Shown here one piece after another: positions 27,018-51,651 of a stretch of 64,000 nucleotides of DNA (its first letter is position 1; every line of letters begins with the position of its first letter). Both the position numbers and the translations under genes were made by a program. This DNA comes from Amoebidium appalachense (lineage: Eukaryota; Protista; Ichthyosporea): contig CAVNZM010000012.1 of NCBI GenBank assembly GCA_963693365.1, forward strand, positions 3,100,001 to 3,164,000, given 5' to 3'. The notes under the pieces were generated by a model, which saw nothing but the letters and a program-made list of their open reading frames with translations, ran no database searches and had not been told where the DNA came from.

Positions 27018-27452
27018 CCGTTCATCTAAATTTACATTCTCAGCCACAAAAATTATGTGACGTATGAGTCGGTATGATTGAGCATTCATTGTTATACAAC
27101 ACGTGTGTAAATGTAGGCCCACGGACACTGTGATCAACCGGCGCCTTGGCCTCGCGATCGCGATATTGCGAGCGCTATGGCTAACCTATTCTGGTCACAA
27201 CTGTTTGACGTATGATATGTCATTGAGGTATCATAGACAACCGCGTATATTAGCTCGAAAAAGAGAAATTTATCCACACAACCTACTGTATGCGCACACA
27301 CACACACATCCCTTGCCTACAGTAGGTTTTCTTTGCATCGCGTTGACTCGAGTCTGAGGGCCTGAGGTTTAGCGTGACGTCATCATTACACTGCCGTCTT
27401 GTGATTAGCTCAAAGTCATGCATAATATGATTCCGTTCCTCACTGCAAAGCG

Positions 27453-27498
27453 ATTGGCTAATGATCTTGGCGACGCCCACGAGCCGCGGGTATAAATA
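27453..27498 (+). promoter_or_regulatory. Putative core promoter of peptide gene 1 (reverse CCAAT + TATA box)
   Basis: ATTGG at 27453-27457 and TATAAATA at 27491-27498, about 90 nt upstream of the ATG at 27586. Confidence 0.55.
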
Positions 27499-27585
27499 AT
27501 CTCCCACACTCATTTCGCATTCACCAGAAAAACATCGAAACACCATCAACCAACAGCGACTTCGCCACCTTTTCCCAAAACAAAA

Positions 27586-27792
27586 ATGAAGTTCTTCGCC
27601 ATCCTCGCTCTGCCCGCCATTGTGCTCGGTGCTTCTGTCCCCGTTAGCTTCATTGACGAGATTGTGCCTATCTCTACACCCGTCTTCACTGCCCCCGCAT
27701 CTGCCACCACCACCGCTGCCGTTCTTGTGCGGAGATACGTTCAGGAGCTTGAAGTTATTGCACCGGCGCCTGAGCACACTCCCATTATGTAA
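27586..27792 (+). CDS. Small secreted prepro-peptide, paralog 1 (68 aa)
   Basis: MKFFAILALPAIVLGA signal peptide, VRR dibasic site and C-terminal YVQELEVIAPAPEHTPIM. A-rich start context (aaacaaaaATG), C/T-ending codon bias, and a clear paralog at 34245. Confidence 0.85.
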   Translation: MKFFAILALPAIVLGASVPVSFIDEIVPISTPVFTAPASATTTAAVLVRRYVQELEVIAPAPEHTPIM

Positions 27793-28378
27793 GGAAGGTG
27801 CAAACAGTGGGTGAATGGGGGATGAATCCTCATGCGAATGTATCCGTATAGTTCGTACTGAATATGAATGACTCTACCCTGGTGGCTCGAGGTGAAGAGG
27901 GAAAAGAGACAGAAACAACTGTAGTTTAAGGGGCCCCAGCCCTGCAGCCTTGAGGCAATGACAGATGGTCCCCAACGGTCAAGGAAGAGAGAAAATGTTT
28001 TCCCTTATGGATCAGAAAACACTACGTTCGTCATGTGATGAAGTTGGTTTATTTAACATCAGTGTGTATGTACATATGTGATGATGAAATTATTAATGTG
28101 CTTTCTTCCTTTTGAAATGTCCATTATTAGATCAGTTATTATTGTTGTGTGCTGTGCGCACATCTTGGAATTGACATGCAAAGTTTCGTTGACGATTGGA
28201 TAAAATAAAAGTGTACAGTTACCTACTTTGACTTGAACGTGTGCGTTCCTTTTATTATCAATATATGTTAGTGACTTCCCCTTAGTTAGACTTCTGTGCT
28301 GCTCTGTCAGGAGGGCCTCCACATAATCACATGCTCTCCTCTCGGATCCATCTCCTGGTCCCCCCTCGTTTTACACCC

Positions 28379-28412
<34 letters not shown>

Positions 28413-29559
28413 ATCTCCCCGCCGCCCAACCCCCCCCCCTCATCTCCCCGCCGCCCCAACCCCCCCCCCCCCCCCCCTTTCCCCCCCCCCCCCCCCCCCC
28501 CCCCCACCCTCTTCTGCGAGGTTTCATTTACTGTAGCGAAAAAGCAGGGAAAAAATCGGTAGAGATTTTCACATAGTGACTGAAAGACCATGAGTAGTTG
28601 TTACCAACACATGTTTAACCACCATGCACGTACGTTTGTGTGCTTTTGCAGACAATCCACTCCCATAGTTGGAACGTGGTATCAACAGTGTGTGCATATG
28701 TGTACGTACGATGTGCATGTGTGTCGTACAAGCAGACCCCGTTGTGAATGTGTTCGTGTGTTGAAGGGGTAAGTTCACGTCGCCCGGTATACCAAGGCAC
28801 GACGTAGTGTAGATGTGGAATTGCTATTGATATTGTGTGTGAGATGCCGGTGTCAAAGGGAAGAAGCGGAAGAAGAAGCATCTCGGATATCGAATTCAGT
28901 GTCTTCTAAAGTTTGCCCCTGCTCTCTTCTTCCCCCCCCCCCCCCCCCCCCCTTTTTTTTTTTTTTTTCCAGCCCATGTGTGCTTGCATCTGAGTGAGTG
29001 GGTTTCAGTGTGTGTGCGCGCGCAAGTGTATGTGTGTGGGGGGAGGGGGAGAGGGGGAGAGGGGGGAGGGGGGGAGGGGGGAGAGGGGGTGGACATTAGC
29101 AATGTTTTTTACCTTATTCGTGTTACAGAATACAATCCAGGGCAACTACACATATGCAGTATCATCGATTTCTTTGATAGTAATGGGTCACCAGCCACTC
29201 TCACAAGACCAGTGGGTGATTCTTATTTGAAAACCCCCCCTTCCCTCTGTACATCCTCCCCCCTTTCCCCGCCCTTTCTGCCTGTTTAATAAAGAAAAGG
29301 GAACAAAAACGAAGGGGAAAAAATTCGCAATTAGCTTGCACACAGCATGACGTATACACACGGCTACACTGGCACACACCCCCTATCACACCTTAAGCTT
29401 GTTGACTGGGGCATCGAATTCGTAGGTAAGTGCAATACAAAGCATGGCACACATATGCAATCATGCGTCGCACACGGCACACACATACACACAGGAACGC
29501 ATGTGTCCCCGCGCTCACACATAGATAGACAATAGATGATGATGAACACAATGTTACAT

Positions 29560-29628
29560 ACTACTCGGGCGCACACACGCACACACACTTCACACACGCA
29601 CACACATACACACACGCGCGCAAGCGTG

Positions 29629-29691
<63 letters not shown>

Positions 29692-30410
29692 CACACACAC
29701 CGCCAAACACACACACACCATGACATGCAAAACACGGACACGGCATACACACACACCACACCCCTACACATTCAAACACTCAAACAACTGCAAACAAATA
29801 ACCCCGCACGCATATGTAAACGCACATACCGTCACACGCACCGTACCTTGCCGTCAAACACTGATACCCGTGCACACAAATATGTGGGCGTGTGCACACA
29901 CACACCTACACACACACACACAACACAAGTGCACTGGCGCGGGCGGGCGGGCCCATGTACACCCTGGAGCACTGAGGCAATGCACACAAACAACCATACA
30001 CGCAGCGGGAGAATAAAATAATCAGTGTTTATATCATCGGAAAATGTGGTAAAACCATGCTGTGGAAGCTACAGCTTGACCCCTTGCTGTGCTAGAATGT
30101 ACATGCCATTAATAACCAGCCAAGACTAATCCTGATGGTACTGCATGCCGCTCTGACAGACACCACATCCGCATGCACACACACTCACACATGTACACAC
30201 ACACACACGTATACACACACACCGGCGCACACACACACATACGTGCACGCACATACACACACGCGCGCACACACATACACACACATACGCACTTGCGCAC
30301 ACATATGAATCACACATACAAGCACATACACACAAACACACACACACACACACACACACAAAACAAAACAAAAAACACACACGAATACACAAACACACAC
30401 CCACACACAT
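29560..30410. repeat. Degenerate (CA)n-rich array
   Basis: Long interrupted CA/CG/TA dinucleotide runs. Confidence 0.85.
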
Positions 30411-30730
30411 GTCAGGTTAGTGTGCACCGATATTCGGGCATGTGCCCGTGCCCTGGTTTCTGATCTAGTATTTTGACACCCAGCGCGCTGCAGCACTGCA
30501 TGGCTTAGAAATTTTTGTATTGAAAATGGGGGGGGGGGGGGGGGGGGGGTAGTAAGTATCGGCGTCCCCCCTGGCAGTACCGCCCTTCCCCCTCCCCCTT
30601 CCTTCCCCCCCTCCCTCCCCGGAGGGGCTACTCACCCCCCTCCCGGGGTGGGTGGGGTGGTGGGTCCTTCCCCCCTCCTCCCCCTCCCCCTCCCTCCTGC
30701 CCCCCTCCCCCCCCCCTCCCCCCTCCCCCC

Positions 30731-30764
<34 letters not shown>

Positions 30765-30930
30765 ACCATCACCACCACCACTCATCTCACGCTGCGTGCC
30801 CGTGATCATGGCCAGAGCCTCTTTTCCACCCACCAAAGGTTGTATTCTTTCCTTTTTTTTCTTTCTTCTTTTTTCTTTTTTTGGAAGAATTGTTTCTGTT
30901 TTGACCACTTATGCATACCCCCCCCCTCCC

Positions 30931-30961
<31 letters not shown>

Positions 30962-31421
30962 ACTCCGCACCTTGGCACAAACACACACACACACACACAC
31001 ACACAAACATCCACCCACCCACCTACCCACCCACCCACACACCCACCCACACACACAGTCACACGCAGACACGCACACACGCACACACTTTCCACCTCTT
31101 CGGGCTGGTGCTCTTCTTCTGCCGATCCGTACTATTTGTGTGTTGTTTGCAAGGTCTGCTTTGTGTTGTCTGCGGCAAAATTGTACGACCAATATGATCT
31201 ATATATATTATTTCCAACGACCCCCTCCCCCCTCCCCCCCATCCCCCTCCCCCCCCCCCCCCCCCCCCCACGCACACACACCCTCCCGCCCACTAGAGTA
31301 CTCCCCCCTCCCCCCTCCGAGTCACCCTGCTCATTTACACATGTACACGTAAATTAATAATTGATGCACGTGCACACGCGCACGCACGCACCCGCCCAAC
31401 CACACACACAACAAAAGACGC

Positions 31422-31498
<77 letters not shown>

Positions 31499-31551
31499 AC
31501 ACACACACACTGTCGCACACACACTCAGATGCAACGGCCAACTATTTCTCA

Positions 31552-32639
31552 GGGCCTGTTTGGCAGCACCCCAATAATCGTATTCGTATTTAGGCCCTAA
31601 ATACGATCTACCGTATTTACAAAATTTATCGTGGTATGCGTATTTAGGGCCTAAATACGGTTGGTGCCTTCCAAACGCTGTCAGGCGTGACTGGTCACAT
31701 AAAATGTCGAATTGTCGATACATGTTCACGAGATCTGATTGGCCCACGGCCATCTAGGGTGTTTCTAGATGGCCGTGGATTGGCCCTATTCGCACCCATT
31801 GATCATCCTTCGGTATTTAGTATTCCATGCATATAGATAGGCTGGTGCAGCTGTAGTCAGTATTACAGCGAACGGCAAAAACGAGTCACCGACAGTGAGC
31901 CTTGTTCTGTTTAACAATAGGTTAGAATGTCTGTTATTGAAGGGATACTGCCAGTAATTGCGGTGGCTAGCCTTGCTAGAGACCTCGTTTTACATCACCA
32001 ATTGCGTTCGTCCCTGGCATTCCCCACATATCTGAACACATAGTGAGTGTTAAGATTTGTCCTTGTCTATGCAGTACTCGTGGTGCCTGCATGTCACCGA
32101 GTTGTTTGTACATGTACATTTGATTGTTTTTATTAATGCATATATCGGAGTCCAGTATTGTTTCAATGATTATTATGGCATATATATATATATATATACA
32201 GTCTGAGCTTGTGATCATGCACCGTGTAGGGTTCCTCGTCCTCTGTCTTACCTGTGCAGCCCAAATTCATGTGCCAATTTTAACTGAGCATGTACACAAA
32301 ATGACGTGTATGACACCGACCTTCTTTTTAACAGTGAATTGTTCACTGGCATGCGTACTGTAGTAAAAATGTGCCCTCCGCGGCTTTCGCTGTACCATTG
32401 GCTAGCTGATAGCCAATTAATGATGCGAAATGCTCTGATTGGCTAATTTCCTATATCGTATTTACGAAAATCACCTCCGGAGGTGATTTTCGTAAATACG
32501 ATATAAAAGCGATCCCTATCGTATTTACAAAAAATAAAAGCCCGCGGCGTGTTTGGCATGCCACGGGATCGTATACGTATTTAGGCCCTAAATACGAATA
32601 CGATAAAAAACCGTATTTAGCGCGCTACCAAACAGGCCC
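31552..32639. mobile_element. Non-autonomous PIF/Harbinger (Tourist-like) MITE, ~1.09 kb
   Basis: Terminal inverted repeats GGGCCTGTTTGG...CCAAACAGGCCC, a 3-bp TSD TCA on both sides (31549-31551 and 32640-32642), about 11 subterminal CGTATTTA/TAAATACG motifs, and no transposase ORF. Confidence 0.85.
31745..31777. mobile_element. 33-bp TIR-only insert with 8-bp TSD (P-element/hAT-type remnant)
   Basis: gattggcc|CACGGCCATCTAG-ggtgttt-CTAGATGGCCGTG|gattggcc: a 13-bp perfect inverted repeat with CA...TG termini and a perfect 8-bp direct repeat. Confidence 0.75.
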
Positions 32640-33487
32640 TCAGTATGAATTATTATGGGGGTCAGGTAGTCGTGCTCACTGTGCAGTGTTCCTGTAGGTA
32701 CCTGTGTGGCGGGGAAGGTACAAATGTGTGTGTGGTGTCGGTTTGTGTATCTGCATGTTCATATGTATGTTGGGTGCTCATAGCTGGTCAAAGTTTGTGC
32801 ACCATTTGTGCGTGTCTAGTACATGCGTGTGCAGCCGGTACGTGTGAATCAAGTACGATTGAATGTGTGTGCGTGTGCGCGCTCGGTGGGGTGATTGGCG
32901 ACGAGTGCAGGGGGGGGGGGGGGGGGGGGGGGGGGAGGGAGGGGGGGAGGGGGGGAGGGGGGAGGGGGAGGGGAGGGGGGACGGGGGGAGTATGACCGAG
33001 CGGCGTATGTATGCTACTAAGGTTCGGGTGATCAAGGACTCTTCTTATCCTCAATGTTTACATTTTGGCAATGTATGCAAGCCGCTGCTATAATAGGACT
33101 ATTATATTTATGATCAAGTTATGAGAGTCACATGATGGCAGCCTATGGGCTCACTTACCCAAATGGGTGGTGGGTTCCCCTCCCCGGCCTCCCCCTGCTA
33201 GCCGGAGGGTGAACGGTGTCCCCTCCCCCACCCCCCACCCCCCTCGCTTCGGGGGGAAACCACCTGTCCAAAGGGGTGGCCATGGGTGGCCGGTCCGGAC
33301 CCCCCCCCCCCCCTCCCCCTCCCCCCCCCCCCCCCCCCCCCCCCTCAAGTTACTACTACACCCCTCCCCGTTTCAAAATCAAGAATCCCTTCAGTGCTGC
33401 AGTACACATGTATGAAGTGCCACTAAGTTAGGCTTGTAGCACAAACAGATACGACCCGGCCACGGAGGCCACGGCAGATGCTTTTTT

Positions 33488-33528
<41 letters not shown>

Positions 33529-34244
33529 GTAGCTACATATTGAAGGGAGAGGTGAAGGACGGGCAACACAGCTGCATGTGGCACCTACATACTCCATGCG
33601 GCATGCCATCCTGGTGAACATGCATATGCTGCTGGTGTGTGCCTACTGCCCACCCGGCGGCCCAGAATCATTGCACCACAACGGCCAAGGTGTTTCACCA
33701 GGTATGCAGATCTATTCGAACCCTGGCCATATCATATCAATGTGTCAATGTCATATATCTGCGCTGCTGGATCCAATCTACAGAACTCGTGAGCATCAAA
33801 TCACATCATGCATTCTACATTTATCCAAGAGCAATCATTTAAGCAATGAAAATGCTTTGAAGCGTTTTGGTTCTGTTGCCGCACACAAGCCACGTACAGG
33901 ACCTCGATCCCGCGCAGACTGAGCAGCAAGCGAGAGTAGGCCCGGTCACCAGGGCTTCAAATACTGTGGCTATCATGTGATTCACAATCATTCACTGTGA
34001 GATCTAGATCTTCATCGTGAACTCCCCACATAATATCTCATTGGTTTTCAGTCACGACAGTTATCAGACCCTTTCTTATCAAAGATTACTACTGGCGGAT
34101 GCCCTAATCTCGCATGATCGCCATCTCACAGCCGCTGGTGTAAAAGCCGCAGTTGTCCACAAATCATCTGAGTCACAAAACTCAGTCCGTCAACCTGTAA
34201 CAGATACTGTCACGCGTAAACCCGTTTGCACTTTCGTATACAGC

Positions 34245-34475
34245 ATGAAGTTCTTCGCAATTCTCGCTCTGCCGGCCCTTGTTCTGGGTGCCGCCATCCC
34301 CGTTCAGTTTGTAAATATGAACGACTTCGTGCCTGCAACTGCGGACACGCCGTTTTTCTCAGAACCCACACCTGTTCCAACCCCATCTCCCACCCCGTCT
34401 GTGCGCAACCATGTTGTGCGGAGGGACCTGGAGATGCCTGTACCTACACCGGAGGCAACCCCCGTCATGATGTAA
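34245..34475 (+). CDS. Small secreted prepro-peptide, paralog 2 (76 aa)
   Basis: MKFFAILALPALVLGAA signal peptide, PT-rich pro-region, VVRR dibasic site and C-terminal DLEMPVPTPEATPVMM. AATAAA at ~34703 in an AT-rich 3' region. Confidence 0.85.
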   Translation: MKFFAILALPALVLGAAIPVQFVNMNDFVPATADTPFFSEPTPVPTPSPTPSVRNHVVRRDLEMPVPTPEATPVMM

Positions 34476-34763
34476 AGAGTAACGAACAGCGAATGAATGT
34501 GACGAACAGTGAATGAATGCGAGCGAATGTAACGGTGCAGTCTGGTCAACCTGCTGCAGTCGACAAGGATATGCGACGAGGAAAATGGCGTCGAATTGAA
34601 GTACAACGAATGTGATGCTTTTTATGTGTAAATCCCTGAATGAATGACGAAATGTTATAAATTTATAACTAATAATTAAATAACTTCGAAATGGATAACT
34701 TCGAATAAAAAAAATCAGAATTCTCCGTTAACGTTTCTGTGGCACCTCAATTTGCTTCTGCAG

Positions 34764-34805
<42 letters not shown>

Positions 34806-34842
34806 TTCCTCTCACGTTCCTAACAATACTACTCTTTTTTAC

Positions 34843-34876
<34 letters not shown>

Positions 34877-35374
34877 TTATCCCGGTTTGTTCCCAGAGGG
34901 ACCCCTTGGGCCCTCATGAGAGGGAACTACCGTCTTAGCGTCTTCCACCCAGCACCGGCAGTGCTCTAGCTAGGGTGCTACGGTATTATTAGCTAGGCTA
35001 ACACACCACTACCAATTCTAAGAATTCGATGACACTTAGCCCAGGGTTTTCCACCCCAGCTTCGTCGGTAACTACTCTCTTTTATGCTATCCCACTTTTT
35101 TCGAGGGGGAAAGGGGGAGGGGGGGGGGGGGGGGGTAGGGGGATCCTCGTGGGGTGGGAACTAGACCGGCTGTACCCCAGCTAGGGCAATACAAAACTAC
35201 TCTCATACCTCCCCTTTCGTTTGATGATGAGAGTTTCAACCCTCAATACCGTCTTTATTGCCTTGCGTTTAATGTGGGTGGGCAGCTATAGGCAATGGTG
35301 GAACAGAAATGGGTTGCCATGTAACAAGAAATTTCGAAGGCTTTCATACAGAAATAGACACGTGTTGAGAAGAT

Positions 35375-36890
<1,516 letters not shown>

Positions 36891-37357
36891 CGCTGTGTCT
36901 GCTGTTGAATTTTTGCAGGCATGCGTTTGCGGGTGCAAATGGCCTTTGCCTGTGTGCGTACATGTGCATGGTCTTCAGGTACATGTAGGCTGCATCAATG
37001 ATCTATAATGCATTTGCTCTATAGGTGTGCCACGGTGTGCATGAGTTCTGCGGGTTCCCACTTCAAGTTCCAATCCCGGGCCTCCCTTTTCTCCCCCCCC
37101 CCCCCCCTCCCCTCCCTCCCCCCTCTCTGTCGGCAGGCGGCCAGTGTATACACTTCCTTGCTCAAGTGTTGCTGTTGTTTAGAATCTGAGGTGATACCAC
37201 TGGGCCACACTGGGAAAGGGCATGGCTTCCATCCCTGTTTCGCATACTGAAGCACCGGAGGGGCGGGGCGGGGCCGGGGGGTGGAGTGGGGGGGGTGGGG
37301 GGGGGGGGGGGGGGGGGTAAATATCATTAAATTAATGACCACCGGTACCCAAAGGGT

Positions 37358-37388
<31 letters not shown>

Positions 37389-38380
37389 GGGGGGGGGGGG
37401 AGAGAGAGAGAGAGAGAGTTAAAAATCTGGATAACGGGGGGTGCACAAGGGGGTAGTGGTTGTAGTGGGTGGGGTGGGGGGTGGGGAGGGAGGGAGGGAG
37501 GGGGGGGGGGTCATTCCGAAAGTCCTAACAGTTGGGGAAGCTCAGGGGAGCCGGGAGGTGGGCGGGGGGGAGAGGGGGGGAGGGGAGGGGGGGAAGGAGG
37601 AAGGGTTGGGGGGCTAGGGGGAAGGAGAAGGAGGAGGAGGTGTTTGGGGGGTGGGGGGGGGGGTAGTATCATGAACCAATACAGGAACAGATAAGGGGGA
37701 AGGGGGAGAGGGGGGGGAGGGGGGGGGGGGGGGGGGGGTAATAACTTGGGGGTGGACAGCTTCCTGGGGTGGAGCAGGTAGTGGATGGGGGAAGGGGTAG
37801 CCCAGAGACTCCGAACCCTTGGGGGAGCCGGCCCCGGGAGGGGGGGCGGGGAGGGAAGGGGGGGGGGGGGGGGGGGGGGGGGGATGTATCCAATACAAGA
37901 ACACATTAGGGGGAAGCAGCGGAGGGGGAGGGGGGGGGGGGGGGGGGGTAGGTCTCCATGATTTGATAATAGCAACATGTTATGAGGGTGTGCTTTGTTG
38001 GCCATGAACACAAACCTCAAGCATTTCCACAAGCGCTTCAACATTTTTTCTATAAAATATTTTGGGGGAAGGTCAAAAAAACAAACTTCAACGAGGAAAA
38101 ACAATAAGCTGGAAGGTACCAAATTCAAAAGGTTAAAACATATGCTATTTTGGTAGTAAAAAAAAAAAAAAAAAGACCCAGGCAAACTTGCACACGCCAC
38201 ACAACTGGGCGGCAAAAAAAAAAAAAAAGGAAACACGCTAGCTATGAAGGCGTGCTTGTACAAGCAATGTGGGAGGGCAGGAAGGCAAAACATAAATCAT
38301 CATAATATAAATATTCATTTGCACAGTCTTGCATGTTTGTGTTATGGCGTATCGTGCGGTCTCTTGCCAGCTTTATTTTG

Positions 38381-39352
38381 CTACTGGTGGCATTTCTGTA
38401 TGTGATATTTCAAGTGGGAATTCTGCGTAAACCTGCCACCACAGCTAGGGTGGGTGCAGGCATAGGGTTTCTCGCCCGTGTGTGTGCGTTGATGGACCAC
38501 CAGGTAACCCTTTTGAGCAAAAGACTTCTTGCAGCCTGGGTGGGGGCACACAAAAGGCTTTTCCCCCGTATGCACTCGCTGGTGTGTTCTTAAATTTTGT
38601 GCAGTAATGAACCTGGAGGCACAGCCTGCATAGGGGCAAGCATGCGGCTTTTCTCCCGTGTGAACTTTGAGGTGTCTGTGGAGGTGGGTTTTCTGAACGA
38701 ACTTCAGCCTGCAGTCTGGAAATGGGCAGGTAAAAGGCCGTTCCCCCGTGTGGGTTCGTTGGTGCTCCCTCATGTGCCCTCTCTTTGCCGCGGTATAGCC
38801 ACACCCGTAACTGCAAACATACTTTACCCCAGCACTCACACCAAAGTCACCCACCCTGCCTCTGCGTTTGTTTCCACCTCCCTCCCGCTTTTTCTTGATA
38901 CTTGCGGACGCTTTCTCCTCCACGATGTCATGCGTCATTTTCCTTCCTTTTCGCTTTGGTTTGCTTCTTTGTGAATCTTCCCGTAGCCTAAATGAGTGTG
39001 CGTGTTCTTGGACGGGTACCGTTACAGTACTGCCACCTAGCGCCTCGTGTTTGACTGCCGGCAGGAATTGTGGTCTGCGTTGGGGGGGTTGTACCGGGCT
39101 CATGTGGCCGAAGGAATGAGGCGCACATGTTGCATCACCCCCACACACCGGCTCCTGTTTGACCGAGGTTCTGAACTGTGGAATGCGTCTGAGAGGTTGG
39201 GCCGGAGGTTTGCCAAGGCATGGGTTAGTTTGCGTCATTGTTGCTTCTGGCTCGAGTTTTACGTGTACGTGGCGAACAGTGGTGGGTGGAAGGGGGGGGG
39301 GGTGAGGTGGTGGCCATAGTGGTTGCTTGGGCGGCACACGCACATAACGCAT
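38381..39352 (-). CDS. C2H2 zinc-finger protein with five tandem fingers (probable transcription factor); an upstream exon is possible
   Basis: 323-aa uninterrupted ORF with five C-x3/4-C-x12-H-x3/4-H fingers joined by TGE(K/R)P linkers, and basic NLS-like stretches ([12 protein letters not shown]). Confidence 0.92.
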   Translation of the reverse strand: MRYVRVPPKQPLWPPPHPPPLPPTTVRHVHVKLEPEATMTQTNPCLGKPPAQPLRRIPQFRTSVKQEPVCGGDATCAPHSFGHMSPVQPPQRRPQFLPAVKHEALGGSTVTVPVQEHAHSFRLREDSQRSKPKRKGRKMTHDIVEEKASASIKKKREGGGNKRRGRVGDFGVSAGVKYVCSYGCGYTAAKRGHMREHQRTHTGERPFTCPFPDCRLKFVQKTHLHRHLKVHTGEKPHACPYAGCASRFITAQNLRTHQRVHTGEKPFVCPHPGCKKSFAQKGYLVVHQRTHTGEKPYACTHPSCGGRFTQNSHLKYHIQKCHQ

Positions 39353-39868
39353 GTGTGTTAGCCTATATGAGGTTTATCTTGGTGCGGCTGTAGAGGTGCC
39401 TTTGTGTGTTTGGAAAACAACTAGCTACGTAGCATGCGCAAGGTAACTACTACGATCTACTACGATGTTACTGGTATTCAGCAGACGGTTAAAAAAAAAA
39501 AAGAAAGAAAGAAAACAAAAAGAAAAAGAACCTGGCCTTGCATATGCGGCCCAGCCTGTGGCCATGGCCTCGAGTGGCTCAGGATGGTGGCTCATGCGGA
39601 CGATAATCAAATTTCGAACCCTGTGTCTTATGCATATAGTACCCAATACTACCCATATATGGTAAAGAATAGATCTATTCGAAAAGCCACACAATCTGGC
39701 AGTTTCCGCCTTCTAGCTTGGTCTTTGAAAACACTGTTTGCTGTTTGTACCTAACTTGTTATGTAGCCTAATATTTCGAATCCCTGTTGAGATACACATA
39801 TGAACATCTCGACAGATATAACTGTCGTTTCGCTAACCAAACTGTTGCACCCTGTATAAGAATTCACG

Positions 39869-51651
<11,783 letters not shown>

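Noticed and set aside
30488-33402. Inverted 11-mer ctgcagcactg / cagtgctgcag with weak inward similarity bracketing the MITE
   Set aside because: The match is short, the extension is mostly low-complexity, and no TSD was found.
33572-33701. Exon-like segment bounded by cag and gtatgc
   Set aside because: No recognisable translation and no partner exons identified.
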